IMG/VR virus record: IMGVR_UViG_3300025778_000016
Location: 6,562 to 70,561 of that record
DNA length: 64,000 bases
Reading direction: 5' to 3' (one strand)
Source of the DNA: a virus
In this document: positions 34,101 through 41,940 of the stretch, in pieces
Numbering within the stretch: position 1 is the first letter of the stretch
Layout of the letters: each line of letters opens with the position of its first letter
Program-made: the position numbers and the translations under genes
The notes under the pieces: generated by a model
What the model was told of the DNA's origin: nothing
Seen by the model: the letters and a program-made list of their open reading frames with translations, nothing else
Databases searched by the model: none

Positions 34101-37100
34101 TAACCAGGCAAAATGTCATACAGTTGAACTGGAACTGTATTACTTAATTTTAAGTTGTTGTATATTCTTTTTTCAAATTCTAATAAAGCTTGGTCTCTAT
34201 AATCTACTAATGTGTCTGTTTCAACAATATAGTCGCCATATAGTTTATTATAACTGCCATCATGCCCTTTAATAAAATATGTTGGCTGACTATAATCGCT
34301 ATCTAATACAACTTCTGGAATAAATGCTGGATACAATCCAAGTTTTGTAGGTGTATTTGGTACAAAACTACCATAAGTTTGGTTGTACTCGTTAATTGTA
34401 ACTACATCGCCTGGCATCAATTCAATAACGATTTCTAAACTAGGAGCAGTAGAACTGACAATATAATCTACTCCACGTACTAATTGTTTTGTTGTTGTAA
34501 GATTATCTACTGTTCTAGCCAAGTATACAAGTACACCGTTATAGTTAGCTTGTGAAAAATCATAAACTTGACTTAAAGGATATACTGTAACTTGTAAATT
34601 GTTTTCAAAGGTATAAACATTTGAAGCATAAGGAGATTTTGCTGGTAGCATGTCGCTCCAGAAGAAACTTTGATTATTACTTTTTGTTGCTGTAATAATA
34701 TCCAATGCTGTGTTTAATACATATGCTGGATCATAACGTTGATCAAATGGATAATTGTTAACCGTAGCTACAATTAAATTTTTGTAGTTAATATATTGTT
34801 TGCTGTTGTATGACAATGAATCAAAAAGATTGAAATCTAAATTGCGTAAGAATGTTCCTGGCAATACTAAGCTTGCGCTGTTTTGAATGATAGCATTACC
34901 ATAAGGAACAATGTTTCCTAAGTTTCTATAGTTGTTATTGCCAAATACATCACCTGTAATGTAAGGACAATTATTAAAGATACTTACATATTGTCTTCTT
35001 ATATCGCCAACGTTGGCTGTTGTAATATTACCATTTAATGGGTTATTACTTAAGTTGATAGGTACTTGATAGTATGCTACGCTGCTTACATCATTGCTTA
35101 ATACTAAGACTTGAATTAAAGTATTTGTAATTTCTACAGGTACAGTTACTGTGACAGTTGTAATCGGTGTGCCATTAGCTAATGCCCCAAGTGTTACAGT
35201 ATAATTACTTGAATTTTGAATTACATTGTTTACATAAACTTGTAGTACAGGCCATGGACTGTCAGTTGAAGGTATTGGTTGTACATCTAATACAAATGTA
35301 GCTGTTGGGTTTGAATCACGATACCAGTTATATTCAAATATTTGATATTGTACACTTGGCCCTACTGCTGTTTGCCAGCCCAATAATCTTTCATAAGTTG
35401 TTAAATCAATATCATTATAAACATAACCTGTATTAACATTTACTGTAACAGGATTACTTTCGCTTACATAATTAAATGTATCGCTGTTGAATGAAATATC
35501 AAAACTAATATCACCTATATTGTCTACAGAACTATAACGTAGTGGAAATCCTAAAATAGGATCGTTTGTGCCTGTGCCAATACCGTAGGCTATTAATTTA
35601 CAGCCGGCAAAACTAGTTCCTAGATATACGTCACTGTTACCAAAACTAATACCATTGCTGTCAAATACATCAAACAATGGAGCTTGATTGTTATTTGTTT
35701 TTTCTTGTGATTGTGTCCAAACTAAACCATTATACCAATAACTATAACCCTGACTGTTATAACCTCTGAAAACAACTACTTGGTTGTTTGCTTCTATTGT
35801 GCCATCTGGTGCTTCAGATAATGTGATCACAGGGGGTTGTCCTGCTGTAATGACACTAAAGCTAGTTACAAATATTTTTGCGTTTTGTTCTGGGTCGTTG
35901 GCAAATACTATTCTTGCGCCAGGAAAAAGTTTGTAATTGTTATTATTTGCTGGGTTAGCAACAAGTGATAAGTTATTTGTTAAACTTATTGTTTTGTTAT
36001 AGTCATAGCCAATTCCAATTGTCAAAGTTGTACCATCATTAGCTAATGAAGTAATTTGACTGTTTGGTGGTAATATATTTTGACTATCATTGATATACAT
36101 ACCAACAGCAAATGTGCCACTTATATCATCTAACGGAACTGTTGCTGTTGTAAATAATGCGTTAGCTGTTCCAGTACCTGATGCTGTTGTAACAACATTA
36201 ACAATCATACCTGCTTGGTATGTTACTCCTGTAGTACCTGCTACTGTATTCCAATTAGTAGTACCTGTACTTGTAATAACATAGTTTTGTCCAACTACTA
36301 AACTACCACTATTAACATTTAGTGAACTTGCGTCAAGTGTAGCATTGTATGTTGTGTAAACATCAACGTCAGGATAATATACATATTGTCCAGCAACTTG
36401 ATTTAAACAGTCAGTTGTTCTAAAATCAATAAAGTCAATAGGATCTTTGCCTACTGTGCCACTGTTAAACAATCTTAGATTTGGGTAAAACTCAATAATA
36501 GGTCTTACTGCTTTAAACTGTTCATTAGCATATGTTGTTAAGATACTAGGATCATTGTTATACTGTGCTGTAGCTTGAATAACATCGATGTGGAACCAAC
36601 GATTACCTCTAGACCAAGCATTTCTATTAATTGCTTCTCTGGCAATAGTAATATAATCAGGGGTAACAGGAATATACAAACTATCGTCATAGTTAGCTGT
36701 GTCATAGTTTGTACTAGCGTATGGAGTTAAAATGTCGCCTGTGAATTTTTCTGGTACGACAAAATTTGTAACTGGTAATAATTCAATAGCAACACCAACA
36801 CCTTGTACATAATATTGACCAGTCAAATAACTAGAAGGAATAATATCTCCTACAAATTGTACTTTTAATCCATTTGTAAAGACTACACCATTGCTTGCTG
36901 TATAATTCTTTTTACCTAATATCTCTGTTTCAATATCAATTTGATTTGTAATATTAGCATCAGCAATTTTAATTACACCAACTTGATCAGGATTTGTACC
37001 GTCTTGATAGTATAGTGTTGTTAATGGAGCAGAAATGTATGGTATCATTTCAATATTGTTATATTGATCTAAGAAGAAATTTAATCCGCCGTATGTGTTA

Positions 37101-38491
37101 CCATATACTGCTGTAATTTTTTGATTTACTGGGATTTGTCCTGCTACGCTCAAGCTAATAATAGGATTGTTTGGATCTCCAATATATGTTATTTTGTAGA
37201 AATTTGAATTTACAACGCTATAGTATCCTTGTTCGTATTCCATAGCATTGATTTGACAATTCATAGTGCCAGTTGCGTTCTGCATTGCTACAACTGGGCC
37301 ACCAATTACTAAACTAATTGTAAATTCTGTGGCACTAACAATTTCACTGACATAATATAATACAGCTTGTGTGATATTACCTTGACTATCAGTAAGTGAA
37401 GGAATAATTGTACCAATTGGTGTACCTGTAAAAGCAACTGTTTGATTTACAAACATTCCTGTTGTACTATTACATGTAATTACATTGCCTGTGCTTGATG
37501 TACTTGTAATTGTAATATTTTGAGGTGCTGTGATATCATTATCGTTTTCAGCATATGGAGTATAATCTAAAAAGTTTGATGTATATCCCTGCTCATTTGG
37601 TACTCCAGTATCATAAAACATTACTGTTAAGCCATTAAGACTTGTTACACCATCAATATTTTGTAATGACGATAAGGGTTTACCATTTAAATTTTCATAT
37701 GAAACGTTACTGACAACACTTACTAGATTGTTACCAGGGAAATTGTATCCATTTTGTGCGTCGGCAGGAGGAACAGTAAATGTTACTACTCCTGATTCAG
37801 CGCCATTGTTGTTAACACCTAAAATTTGTCTTACACTTTGATTTGGATTGTTTGCGCTTTTGCCAGAAACTCCTGGTTCGCCCTGAATCCAAAATTGTGT
37901 ATTTTGATTTACAATAAATTCATAGACACCATCTCTTAGTAATGTAATAGTAGGATTAATACTACCGCCTAGTGCTCCTGCTAAAGCAATTTGATAGCCA
38001 CTTGGTTCTGGTGTCACTACAAATGTTTCTGTGCTATAAACAGTTCCTGCGCCAACTGTTACAGCTGGAGGACCTACATCTAACCAGTAATATTGATTAT
38101 AGTTTATCAATGAGTCAAGGTTAATAAAACTATCCCAAGAATAGAATTGACCATTGAATAATCTATTATTATTGTCTGCTATACCCCCATTTTGATTTAC
38201 AGCATCAATAATACCAGGATAACTTATAAAATCTTTGGCTGTACTTGTATTTGGTTGAGTAAAAACAATACCTGGGTCAAGTTGATAGTTTGTTCTTGTT
38301 CTATCAGGTTCTGTTACATAATAATCATTAGCGTTAACACCGTATCCAAAACGATTGCCTACGTAGCCTTGTATTTGTTCTAAATTAGGTGGATTTACTA
38401 ATTGATCGAGAGTAGCACCTAAAAACTGTTGGTTAGTAGTTGTTTGAAATATCTCTGGTAAAAAATCTAAAGTTCTAATTAATGGTGCCAT
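19139..38491 (-). CDS. giant (~6,450 aa) baseplate wedge/fibre-like structural protein (positional gp7 analogue)
   Basis: Uninterrupted 19.4-kb ORF directly after the gp6-like gene, with repeated beta domains, FG-GAP-like and STDGxxW propeller repeats. Start moved from TTG 38497 to ATG 38491 because the TTG abuts the promoter motif. Confidence 0.8.
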   Translation of the reverse strand: MAPLIRTLDFLPEIFQTTTNQQFLGATLDQLVNPPNLEQIQGYVGNRFGYGVNANDYYVTEPDRTRTNYQLDPGIVFTQPNTSTAKDFISYPGIIDAVNQNGGIADNNNRLFNGQFYSWDSFINLDSLINYNQYYWLDVGPPAVTVGAGTVYSTETFVVTPEPSGYQIALAGALGGSINPTITLLRDGVYEFIVNQNTQFWIQGEPGVSGKSANNPNQSVRQILGVNNNGAESGVVTFTVPPADAQNGYNFPGNNLVSVVSNVSYENLNGKPLSSLQNIDGVTSLNGLTVMFYDTGVPNEQGYTSNFLDYTPYAENDNDITAPQNITITSTSSTGNVITCNSTTGMFVNQTVAFTGTPIGTIIPSLTDSQGNITQAVLYYVSEIVSATEFTISLVIGGPVVAMQNATGTMNCQINAMEYEQGYYSVVNSNFYKITYIGDPNNPIISLSVAGQIPVNQKITAVYGNTYGGLNFFLDQYNNIEMIPYISAPLTTLYYQDGTNPDQVGVIKIADANITNQIDIETEILGKKNYTASNGVVFTNGLKVQFVGDIIPSSYLTGQYYVQGVGVAIELLPVTNFVVPEKFTGDILTPYASTNYDTANYDDSLYIPVTPDYITIAREAINRNAWSRGNRWFHIDVIQATAQYNNDPSILTTYANEQFKAVRPIIEFYPNLRLFNSGTVGKDPIDFIDFRTTDCLNQVAGQYVYYPDVDVYTTYNATLDASSLNVNSGSLVVGQNYVITSTGTTNWNTVAGTTGVTYQAGMIVNVVTTASGTGTANALFTTATVPLDDISGTFAVGMYINDSQNILPPNSQITSLANDGTTLTIGIGYDYNKTISLTNNLSLVANPANNNNYKLFPGARIVFANDPEQNAKIFVTSFSVITAGQPPVITLSEAPDGTIEANNQVVVFRGYNSQGYSYWYNGLVWTQSQEKTNNNQAPLFDVFDSNGISFGNSDVYLGTSFAGCKLIAYGIGTGTNDPILGFPLRYSSVDNIGDISFDISFNSDTFNYVSESNPVTVNVNTGYVYNDIDLTTYERLLGWQTAVGPSVQYQIFEYNWYRDSNPTATFVLDVQPIPSTDSPWPVLQVYVNNVIQNSSNYTVTLGALANGTPITTVTVTVPVEITNTLIQVLVLSNDVSSVAYYQVPINLSNNPLNGNITTANVGDIRRQYVSIFNNCPYITGDVFGNNNYRNLGNIVPYGNAIIQNSASLVLPGTFLRNLDFNLFDSLSYNSKQYINYKNLIVATVNNYPFDQRYDPAYVLNTALDIITATKSNNQSFFWSDMLPAKSPYASNVYTFENNLQVTVYPLSQVYDFSQANYNGVLVYLARTVDNLTTTKQLVRGVDYIVSSTAPSLEIVIELMPGDVVTINEYNQTYGSFVPNTPTKLGLYPAFIPEVVLDSDYSQPTYFIKGHDGSYNKLYGDYIVETDTLVDYRDQALLEFEKRIYNNLKLSNTVPVQLYDILPGYFRNNQYSYQEFIEIYQQGFLNWVGQNRLTYQTQYYSSTDELSWNYRTTNNKLDNSQIGIGYWRGIYQYFYDTFTPNTTPWEMLGYSNEPTWWTSRYGSAPYTSNNLVLWGDLEIGFDYNNGDSRIIPEAVRPGLTTILPVDTQGNLVSPFVSVVGNYYSGSFENNWQVGDVGPVELSYRRSSTWPFDLMRIQALTKPAEFFNLGVWVDDYKYNSEFNQYLVNNRSHLIITDIPVYGNGTPVTSYINWIVDYQKQFGIDGTTTLTELLNNIDVRLVYRLAGYSDQNLLNFYVQSTNPNSNNSSLLIPDASYQVLLYSNPPYEKLIYSSVLVQLTPQYFYSVNGNSQTTAYFNVLKPKNDGQYNFITIDNVTVKVAKNYSDTVEVVPYGTTFINTNQVAQFLASYGAYLVSQGAAYQYQVDSVVVDWQQMIAEYLYWTQVGWSAGATIALNPAAYELTIDKENQIVQPLSLQGINFVLNQNLYPIKNSDLNIVRNGTEFTVAALNKGDTISYGQFNLSNFENAVVFDNYTLFNDTIYDLITGIRQNRIYVRGAKTANWDGTYNASGFIINQTNIQQWDPSLRYTKGEIVLYKNQYWVAQQIVQPSATFQQKYWMISNYGQIQNGLLPNSSTNSLDSTRYYDINSTALNPDANLLGYSLIGYRPRDYAALVDLTDETQVNVYQNLIKTKGSTNAVSAFVGANLPQGSINYNVYENWAIQTSKYGGVLNNNFIQFKLDAAQLAGNPFIVGLTDGVSIPGVEQEVPLYSLYNFSEPVNDVNVLPTIPYAPSVLLPDAGYVNYNDVKMVSYFYSQLGSAVNQQGTLVPLSNFYVGDYVWIANYLNKWNVYTPIAINQVINVQNNLNSTCVVTFATPHNLQQYDLFAIVNFNTNVNGYYSVLNVVSLTQVTISLSLSTTTRAINGIGVGMMLSSQRVSTPGDIANLPLLAFEFEPNTVWVDTNTDGGWAVYQKTLNYNYEQEINHAETLAFGAAVLYNELLGGYLISDNKLGEVYRYDYNVITTNYDIFQTLTGSDVSYGTSMVNEGLTYVISQPTGTPKIYIYTLNNSILSDYLTETQEIAAPGGATVFGNSLALSNDTNWLYVGDSADNKVYVYRKQNIPLQAGYFVAGETYIITSVGTTNFKTICATPITNTVGTIFVATGAGSGTGTATQISYKYSTVIDGSLFSSSGDKFGNSIATDYYGDTVVIGAPGVEYVPSTISNWGSSYVYQRSVQNFVAQFTNIDIISKFNLAWTPTHVDRTANAVSSGTIIQCNADMTGFSVNQPVMFTAFTTPTVAGSFVVGVTYTIDSVGTTDFTAIGAGSNNVGVVFTATGVGSGTGTALASVNFGNSGVVPYVVYYINSISGSNITIKTSRSSTTPVSLTNATGLYFNVNVQTDPLYVSVNGNLVDDSNYAVAGSTLIYTGQLTAGDIVNVSDNVFTKVQSLTTESTPEVGVQFGNSVDTTAYGTEIIVGAPFELTTQLVEGAVYRFTNSGGRFGTITGTSAVNLTQQRTILINGFEAVLPVGDAASAAQAIIQANIINVTASASNNILTISIINNDLAQANEKLLISTLDSAALTELGITPYTLTQTILCPHEDGATQFGTTVKFNEYGSFVASAPVGTRYEDTTFDNIQYPDNDTIFDNNTTQFIDTFPNAGAVYMFDYLEDFNETINNVGNFVYAQSVNANDLVYGNQPMYGTALDFVGNRVVIGSSKFAGIPNNFNDSFTLGYGQVVTYVNTVGTQDWSVLRQTSPIVDINRIGYTQIFNSQNNQTLLHLDYFDPLQGKLFGIVAENIDVVSQIDPASYNNGNVTQQSVVWGKEKVGNIWFNTSNVRFVNYHQNDVTYNSAYWGTVFPGSDVAVYSWIESAVPPSSYQGPGIPYNTNLFSIETILNSSQEATVVYYFWVRNSSIIFENIGKTLSDNTIATYIAYPFYSGISYLAPVLPSVFSVYNSQQLLNGNTSVLNIGYSTGKTDDEYHSEYALIKQNYYEDFLPGLPTLETPEPTLLYRRFLYSLSGVDGLGQVVPDPFLPLAVQTGISARPRQSFFLDRFIALQNYILFANSTLAQYPIAETRENATFLFASGEFYNTQDYWTYVNWWAPGYDDSVRANVVVSIYADLSTLTVADKTIAKVQKNGKGLNEWYIYSSATDSWIRIGLQNGTIQFSSSLYDYASAGYGWAGNFYGTSSYDNYPSEETYWIIRALNEQIYTSELLIYRNQSLILMFEYIQSEATSSQNYLTWLNKTSLVDVSHNIRNLLPLENYQSDNQDFLSKYLTEALPFHVFIKNFTYVYTGNELYAGTLTDFDLPAGYNSTIEQFVSPELVYENPDNTTTYLPTAEIWQEQQYNDWFENYGVSLTGQTDVTITTLKAYISLGSSFIVVYNASGFPINGVITIGTEQIAYGHVDRATNVLSQLIRGYNQTTVQTHLPGSDIIIDLPAVLLLNGSRGYQNPPRVLAYIDTSIYPAPKEAAVLEAVMSLDTVVGVNVINPGRGYAVLPEIIFDTAVTVPFSSNNVNILNNTIQIYAPQFQTGDLIKYLSDPNGVNVGGLQNNQWYYLNVLETVPAIIVALYENYADCVNDTNRINILSTGTGNNHTLNLTARASAVSTAVPVRENIVTLKYDRTTYNTKVTDWKADAFYGSFFAGDLLNVEQVSSSDLSLQNSQPPISSILASAHGAGFEIVSVGNNQQVEWSSSVRYVYATVSATNSVSLKLDSGNLENASGSTIGMTVDMPVQFAGSVGNSGLSVGIVYYVKEILSLTDFTISATVGGPTLSLNNQIISVAGCSMFVAQVVNTATLTVNYPGIRQVTSTTANGYVNRGYFTIPLNSTGTGGTTGFYIGLPVFFVGDVFGGVIENVTYYVHTILDKQNFTLSQTTDLTTFGVVSASSSTKYVTLETTVGLSVNEPFVINDAIINGTASSTFGNISSSTIYYVSQIINSTQITISTQYNGNVFDPGNVSANDETSATLTSQSDTLLLSSATGSMTINLSLPVSPGQVQNQLFTLYQTSKQYAGITSGVISNQLSGNINAILTTTNYVSVNSTNHMYVNMPFTVGSGFNGLSAGLYYVSTIGNISVTVTNTSSTGNLLTCSNTDVLYPGMPIIFTGVSLGTVVIGQQYFVFTITDSQHFTISYTPIKTVKITGSNTSQFTCDSTLNLAPETPITFVADVTGGVTKNTEYYVKTIVDLTHFTISATPGGSALTLTSSSPTYPMIGFIDYSESVLQNDNGLMIGTGTPYITLETGNPLSTTPTPVTISHTEFGPVTYEQTPVSTPSFSVSYVIGGYNAIIESAGQGFAIDNIITISGTTITPDGLSPANDITLRVNNIDSYGAILSVQVSGTPPSDTSNQYYMRVTGTNTFEVYSNPLLTAPVSGLPDVFPYVGFTTTTATATSSSTITVASTSGFNVYDPVVFTGTIFNSNIVLGQTYYIASITPSTSITISNTVGGSAISLGTSSGSMTMAKAGSYAFLPEPFYFQQSVVRFNGQVYICIVSNNDKEFIYGKWQLLDSGSRELNALDRIIGYYQPTVNMPGYGYYQDRAIQLGIPVIDMSQLLTGTIYPYSTYFGNYFQPSLELPVDVELQDKPFYPSQINLAGIIYNGVTYVSPANTSQGAALATNTSDDIWNVTSLTTSNSDITSINFVNNKYLLTTGNSATPILRSVDGITWSSLGYYTSGTTTTLNLAGLTLQDSAYGNGVYVAVGSSIITSTDATNWNQTFTFNNNLTEMLYGVTYVTLNGFTGFVAVGIGQRFDYSTGFTEIVPTDIVLTSTNGSSWNVVPSFAYHGFYSVTANNNTLVAVGQNGAIYTSANGTNWNGINETNIVGVNTNTNVINVGNTSGFTVGETVRFTQSFDVISSSTTYYIKNIVNGTQVQVSLTSGGSAVTLNGTNPTVGLALMYAYPYTTDLTNVNYINGHFVAVGNTGLIKTSTDGITWASQTSGTTQNLTGSTYHSGTYTVVGYDNTVIQSNNLSTWTQTGIFETPSAIYNVTGAPFDFGYGPEELVAGVVSDNLSMIVNTRPGTNWDPTEYAHTGFGVTSIQLTPTTALQTVYSFASAEVQVPSTIAVYVISGSTGLCTKIYNYTVNYINQTVTLSSPLTFGSVTDSLRIDVYEVGNGYQLVKSSTQYNPIVINSNGFETIHTPANYAGEISSGNGVIRPGTQPIEVDALATSSSTNSITVTGISNFTLNKPISFQGTVFGNIVEGTTYYVKSISTITSSITISDTIDNSTGIAGATFALADDIGDMTCIIAGSTGVYWTSPIVYHNGTKLVAGQLNFVSTTISSTNSIVCASVSQLVSGTPVTFDKNIFGGITPLQTYYVKTVNPTNNSFTISATNGGSTFTLSNATGSSSFVTYDYAIGLAKDSLTSDIIFSGNYGSSDYISYTLFGQTTPVQYGYTMPETQIFTGNGSTTVFNLSNYIDTDSSVNAIVEVQGLRVDPSTYTISPAYNNITFNSAPSGTIAVTTYNLTDYQYLHTQSGITNNTVANIVFVNNNVMSVAGTTRITTGIAHNLSTNDIVRLDGIIGSSQLNNNTYYVHVIDSNNFDIYTSSYTMSGVNSPVVGVSTYQSGGYAWIDGTYIISDTTATASTVQGEITVSSTNGLQIGTPVYFTTPQGSLGQTVLGAITTGTEYYVNDIVDSTHFYVSTSRYGTNLTLGSTSGQTVNVTQWQQTNVDRLYVTINGYRVPSSSLRVNPGNYISILSTIQQSDSVTITSMVPSATPNMMRYYLNVNRYGVPTVYNANSSTTWLILPVGDLDSTIYVKDVTQLTQTIVQNVVAPSKTNNIIEIPLNVDKRTLSSLTVYNNNTASYLPTSDYYVQLIDLYPYVFITNGVNVGDNLTITALEGNTVYVNGEQIKFTSINGPVQAGYIVKGQTYTIDYIGTTDFTRIGASSNTVGVTFVANDGISSNPNGTQIGTGTGTAVSQNTLCGIQRGANGTAQQTYIPVNTPVLGLLQRNLLPEIYYNQTWNPIPGVYNVTEGDPLQIADTTPATFLQSD

Positions 38492-38497
38492 TTCCAA

Positions 38498-38505
38498 TAT
38501 TTATC
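38498..38505 (-). promoter_or_regulatory. putative late promoter (GATAAATA)
   Basis: Fills the gap between the gp6 stop and the giant gene, 6 nt before the ATG. Confidence 0.65.
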
Positions 38506-41500
38506 CTACACAGCAATCTGTAATTCTGCTGGTGTAAGGGCAGGTATTACAACAATGTTATTAGCGGTTGCGGCATTTACAAAAATTTCATAAGGTGCTG
38601 AATAAATTTCATATAAACTACCAAATGGTTGACTTGGGTCATTTGAAACTAATACAGCACTACTTACATACTGTCCAACAGTATTATGTAAATAAGCAGC
38701 AAGTTCACTAAAGTAAAAAGTATCACCGAAATTCCAATTATTTATGTTGAAATAATCATTCATTGCTGAAAGTACAGCACTTATAATTTCACTATTGCTA
38801 GCACTTGTATTAGCAACTGGAACTATTTTAATAGTACCTTGAAGTGCTGGGTTAGCTTTAGGACCAAACAATGGCTTAAACACTACGCTGTTTGGAATTA
38901 AGCTATCGCTTACCATTTTATAATCTTGTAATTGACCATAGTCTTGATTTAATTCATCAATAGTTGGCATTAACGGTTCTGGTATTGTACCTGTGGTATC
39001 TTGAATATAATTTTGATATTGTGTGTAATAACTTTGTGTTACTAGATACAAGTCAATAATATTTGTTGTTGTAGGATCAATACGAGTTGTGTTATTGCTA
39101 TTATGTCTGTATTGATAGAACAATCCTTGTCTGCCTGTTTTATAACTATAGTTTGGAGCTACAACTAATGAATAGTCAGGTGTTAATGATGTTGGACTTT
39201 GTACTGTTGTAAAGAAAATACCAGTGTTGCCTAAACTATCAGTTTCTCCATAGGCAAAGAATATTTGTCCAAGTGGGTATTCATATTTTACAAGTTCAAT
39301 TTGTGTACTTGTGGAATATTGATAGACAACATCTGATGTAGGAATTAATGTATATCTTGTTAAATTGAACGCATCTGTAATTGTTTGGAAAAATACGTAC
39401 ACGCCATAGTTGTTAGAATCAGGATTATATCCTGTAACAAAACTAAAGAAGTCAGGATTTAAAATTAATTGTTGATTGTTAATACTTGTAGCAGATACTT
39501 CTACTTCAAAGTCATCTGTGTAACCATCTGGTTCAATAGGCTGACCTGTAATACTTATTTTTAACGGAACAGCTTGTGATGAATTGCTAAATGGCAATGT
39601 ATTAGTTGGTAATATATTAATGTAATCTTGTAAAATTTTTCCAGAAAATGGATCATAGATAATTGTATCGCTTGGGCTAGCAAATCTTGTTTCACTAACA
39701 CTACCAAAGTAATAAGTTAATTGTTTGTATGTGACTGTATATGTGTTATTACCACCTACAGCCGTACTCAAGAAATTTACAAAAGCATTAGGATCGTTAT
39801 AATAACTAATTGACCAGCGTTCTTGGTTGATTGGAATTGAGTTATCAAATACTAAACTAAAACTTAATTGTAATTGTAATTTAATTGTTGCTTGTTGTAT
39901 AATATCAACTGGCAGTGTGTTGCCAAAAGTTGGTATGATAGTTGTTAATATAGCTGTGTTTGGCACATAGCCATTTAATGTAATTGGACCTGTACCATTG
40001 GCAAAGCTTCCCATGCCATTGTTGCTACCATCACCAATAACATTTAATGTCGCTGTCCAAAAACCTGTAGTGTCACTTGGTCCTGGAACACCTTGAACTA
40101 ATCTGTGGTTACTGTCAAAATAATATCCAGTTGGAGCTGTAAAGTATAATAGTGCGCCCTGTGTTACATATTCTAGATATGTTGTTGAATATGTGCCTAC
40201 TTGTACTGGGATATTTTGGTCGCCATTGACATAATAAAAATACCCACTACCACTACTGACATCGACTGTGCTGTTTTGCCAATATATAACACCAGGCGCT
40301 GTAGATAAACTTAATGTATATCTAGGATAATACTGAACATAATATTGATTTGCTTTTAAATTTGCCAATGCTGCACTTAATGTTGATGTTAAAAATATAA
40401 TAATGTCACTGTTGCTGTTAATTGTTAAACTTAAAAAGCCTAATGAGTTATCTTGATAAAGTGCGCCATCATCACCAAAACTATTGGTGCTGCTATATTT
40501 GCCTGTACTGTCTAATAGGTCTATGTTTTTACTAATACCAATGCTACTTCTGTTAATTGCTGTTGATTTAATAATTGAACTGTAATAACTATATGGGAAA
40601 TTTGTATAGTCTTGACCGTTTACCATACGATTTTGTGTGTAGTAACCAGCTGGTGCTCTTTGTTTGATATCAGCAATTGTTTCTCTTGCTTGAGCATTGC
40701 TGACAGTTTGTTGTAATTCTAAATTAAAAGTTAATGTTTCAACTGTGCCTAAACGAGTAACGTATTGGAAAGAAACAGCTACACCCTGCATATCGCTAGG
40801 ATAAATTGTATATGTTAATCCATTGCTACTGCGTACATAGCTAATGAAATTGCCAACTGGGATTTCGCTGAATACGCCGTCACCAAACACATATGTAACT
40901 GTATCATTAAATCCTGATGTCACAGAAAATATGCTACGCATACTTCCATTAGTTTGATTTTGTAAGTAAGCATTAGCGTAAATGTTATCTACTTGTGTCC
41001 ATTGACCCAAACTTTGATTGCTATCACTAACTTGATATAACCAAGTATCTGTATTGTTAACGCCTTGTATGTTGCCAATTGCTATTGTTTGGTTAGCGAT
41101 TTGCTGTGCTATTGTGAATGCATAATTTTGCAATGTTCCCTGTTTGAAATAGAAGAACCAACCTGTGTTTGGACTGCCATATCCAAGTTGATCGTTGCGG
41201 AACAACATATTGAACTGACTTGTGGGTGCTGGTGGAAGTTCATAGATATAGCTTTCACCAACACTACTAACGCTAACTAATTCAAAATTGTTGCTTGCGC
41301 CATTAATCGTTGCTGTAAAAGGAACAATTGGTAGTGTGTTGTTAGGAATATGAATAGCATACTCGCTTGTTGTCGCGCCTAAAATATCTGCTGTGTTGCC
41401 AGGTCTACCAACAAATTGACTGTTAATTAAACAAGCATTAACTATTGTGTTGAATTGTTCTTGCCAACTTGGATTACTTGGGTCATTCCAAAGTACAGGA

Positions 41501-41922
41501 ATATTACTTAAGTTAATACCATTTAAATCTGTGATGTTCTGTGTAGTTTGTATGCTAACTACTTTTAAATAACCCTGTCCAGCTAAGTTTCGTTTTGGAG
41601 TATAGCTTACAAGATTTGCTAATTTAACTACACTATCTCTACGTTCTGCTGTATCAATAAAGTTTTCACGGGCATTTAAGTCGTTGCGAAACGCTAGACC
41701 TTGCCCCATGAACGCTATAACATCAAGTAAAGCAATAAACTCGCTGCTTTCAATATAATCATTAAATGTTTCTGGATATGTAATTTTGATATAATTGATA
41801 AAACTTTGACGTAAAGTTTCATAGTTATAACTTGTAAAATCAGCGCCGGCATAAGTTTGGTAGACTTGTGTCCAGTAATTTATACCAAAAAGATTGCTTT
41901 GTCTATTACTTGATAATGCCAT
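38506..41922 (-). CDS. gp6: baseplate wedge subunit, T4 gp6-like
   Basis: DFTSYNYETLRQS, ENFIDTAERRDSVVKLANLVSYTPK, FGDG and ETIADIKQRAP...QNRMVNGQDY motifs. Follows gp25. Confidence 0.85.
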   Translation of the reverse strand: MALSSNRQSNLFGINYWTQVYQTYAGADFTSYNYETLRQSFINYIKITYPETFNDYIESSEFIALLDVIAFMGQGLAFRNDLNARENFIDTAERRDSVVKLANLVSYTPKRNLAGQGYLKVVSIQTTQNITDLNGINLSNIPVLWNDPSNPSWQEQFNTIVNACLINSQFVGRPGNTADILGATTSEYAIHIPNNTLPIVPFTATINGASNNFELVSVSSVGESYIYELPPAPTSQFNMLFRNDQLGYGSPNTGWFFYFKQGTLQNYAFTIAQQIANQTIAIGNIQGVNNTDTWLYQVSDSNQSLGQWTQVDNIYANAYLQNQTNGSMRSIFSVTSGFNDTVTYVFGDGVFSEIPVGNFISYVRSSNGLTYTIYPSDMQGVAVSFQYVTRLGTVETLTFNLELQQTVSNAQARETIADIKQRAPAGYYTQNRMVNGQDYTNFPYSYYSSIIKSTAINRSSIGISKNIDLLDSTGKYSSTNSFGDDGALYQDNSLGFLSLTINSNSDIIIFLTSTLSAALANLKANQYYVQYYPRYTLSLSTAPGVIYWQNSTVDVSSGSGYFYYVNGDQNIPVQVGTYSTTYLEYVTQGALLYFTAPTGYYFDSNHRLVQGVPGPSDTTGFWTATLNVIGDGSNNGMGSFANGTGPITLNGYVPNTAILTTIIPTFGNTLPVDIIQQATIKLQLQLSFSLVFDNSIPINQERWSISYYNDPNAFVNFLSTAVGGNNTYTVTYKQLTYYFGSVSETRFASPSDTIIYDPFSGKILQDYINILPTNTLPFSNSSQAVPLKISITGQPIEPDGYTDDFEVEVSATSINNQQLILNPDFFSFVTGYNPDSNNYGVYVFFQTITDAFNLTRYTLIPTSDVVYQYSTSTQIELVKYEYPLGQIFFAYGETDSLGNTGIFFTTVQSPTSLTPDYSLVVAPNYSYKTGRQGLFYQYRHNSNNTTRIDPTTTNIIDLYLVTQSYYTQYQNYIQDTTGTIPEPLMPTIDELNQDYGQLQDYKMVSDSLIPNSVVFKPLFGPKANPALQGTIKIVPVANTSASNSEIISAVLSAMNDYFNINNWNFGDTFYFSELAAYLHNTVGQYVSSAVLVSNDPSQPFGSLYEIYSAPYEIFVNAATANNIVVIPALTPAELQIAV

Positions 41923-41940
41923 AATTTAATCCATTTTAAT

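Noticed and set aside
19139-38491. Intein or homing endonuclease explaining the giant ORF
   Set aside because: I saw no intein splice-junction blocks or LAGLIDADG/HNH motifs. Structural repeats account for the length.
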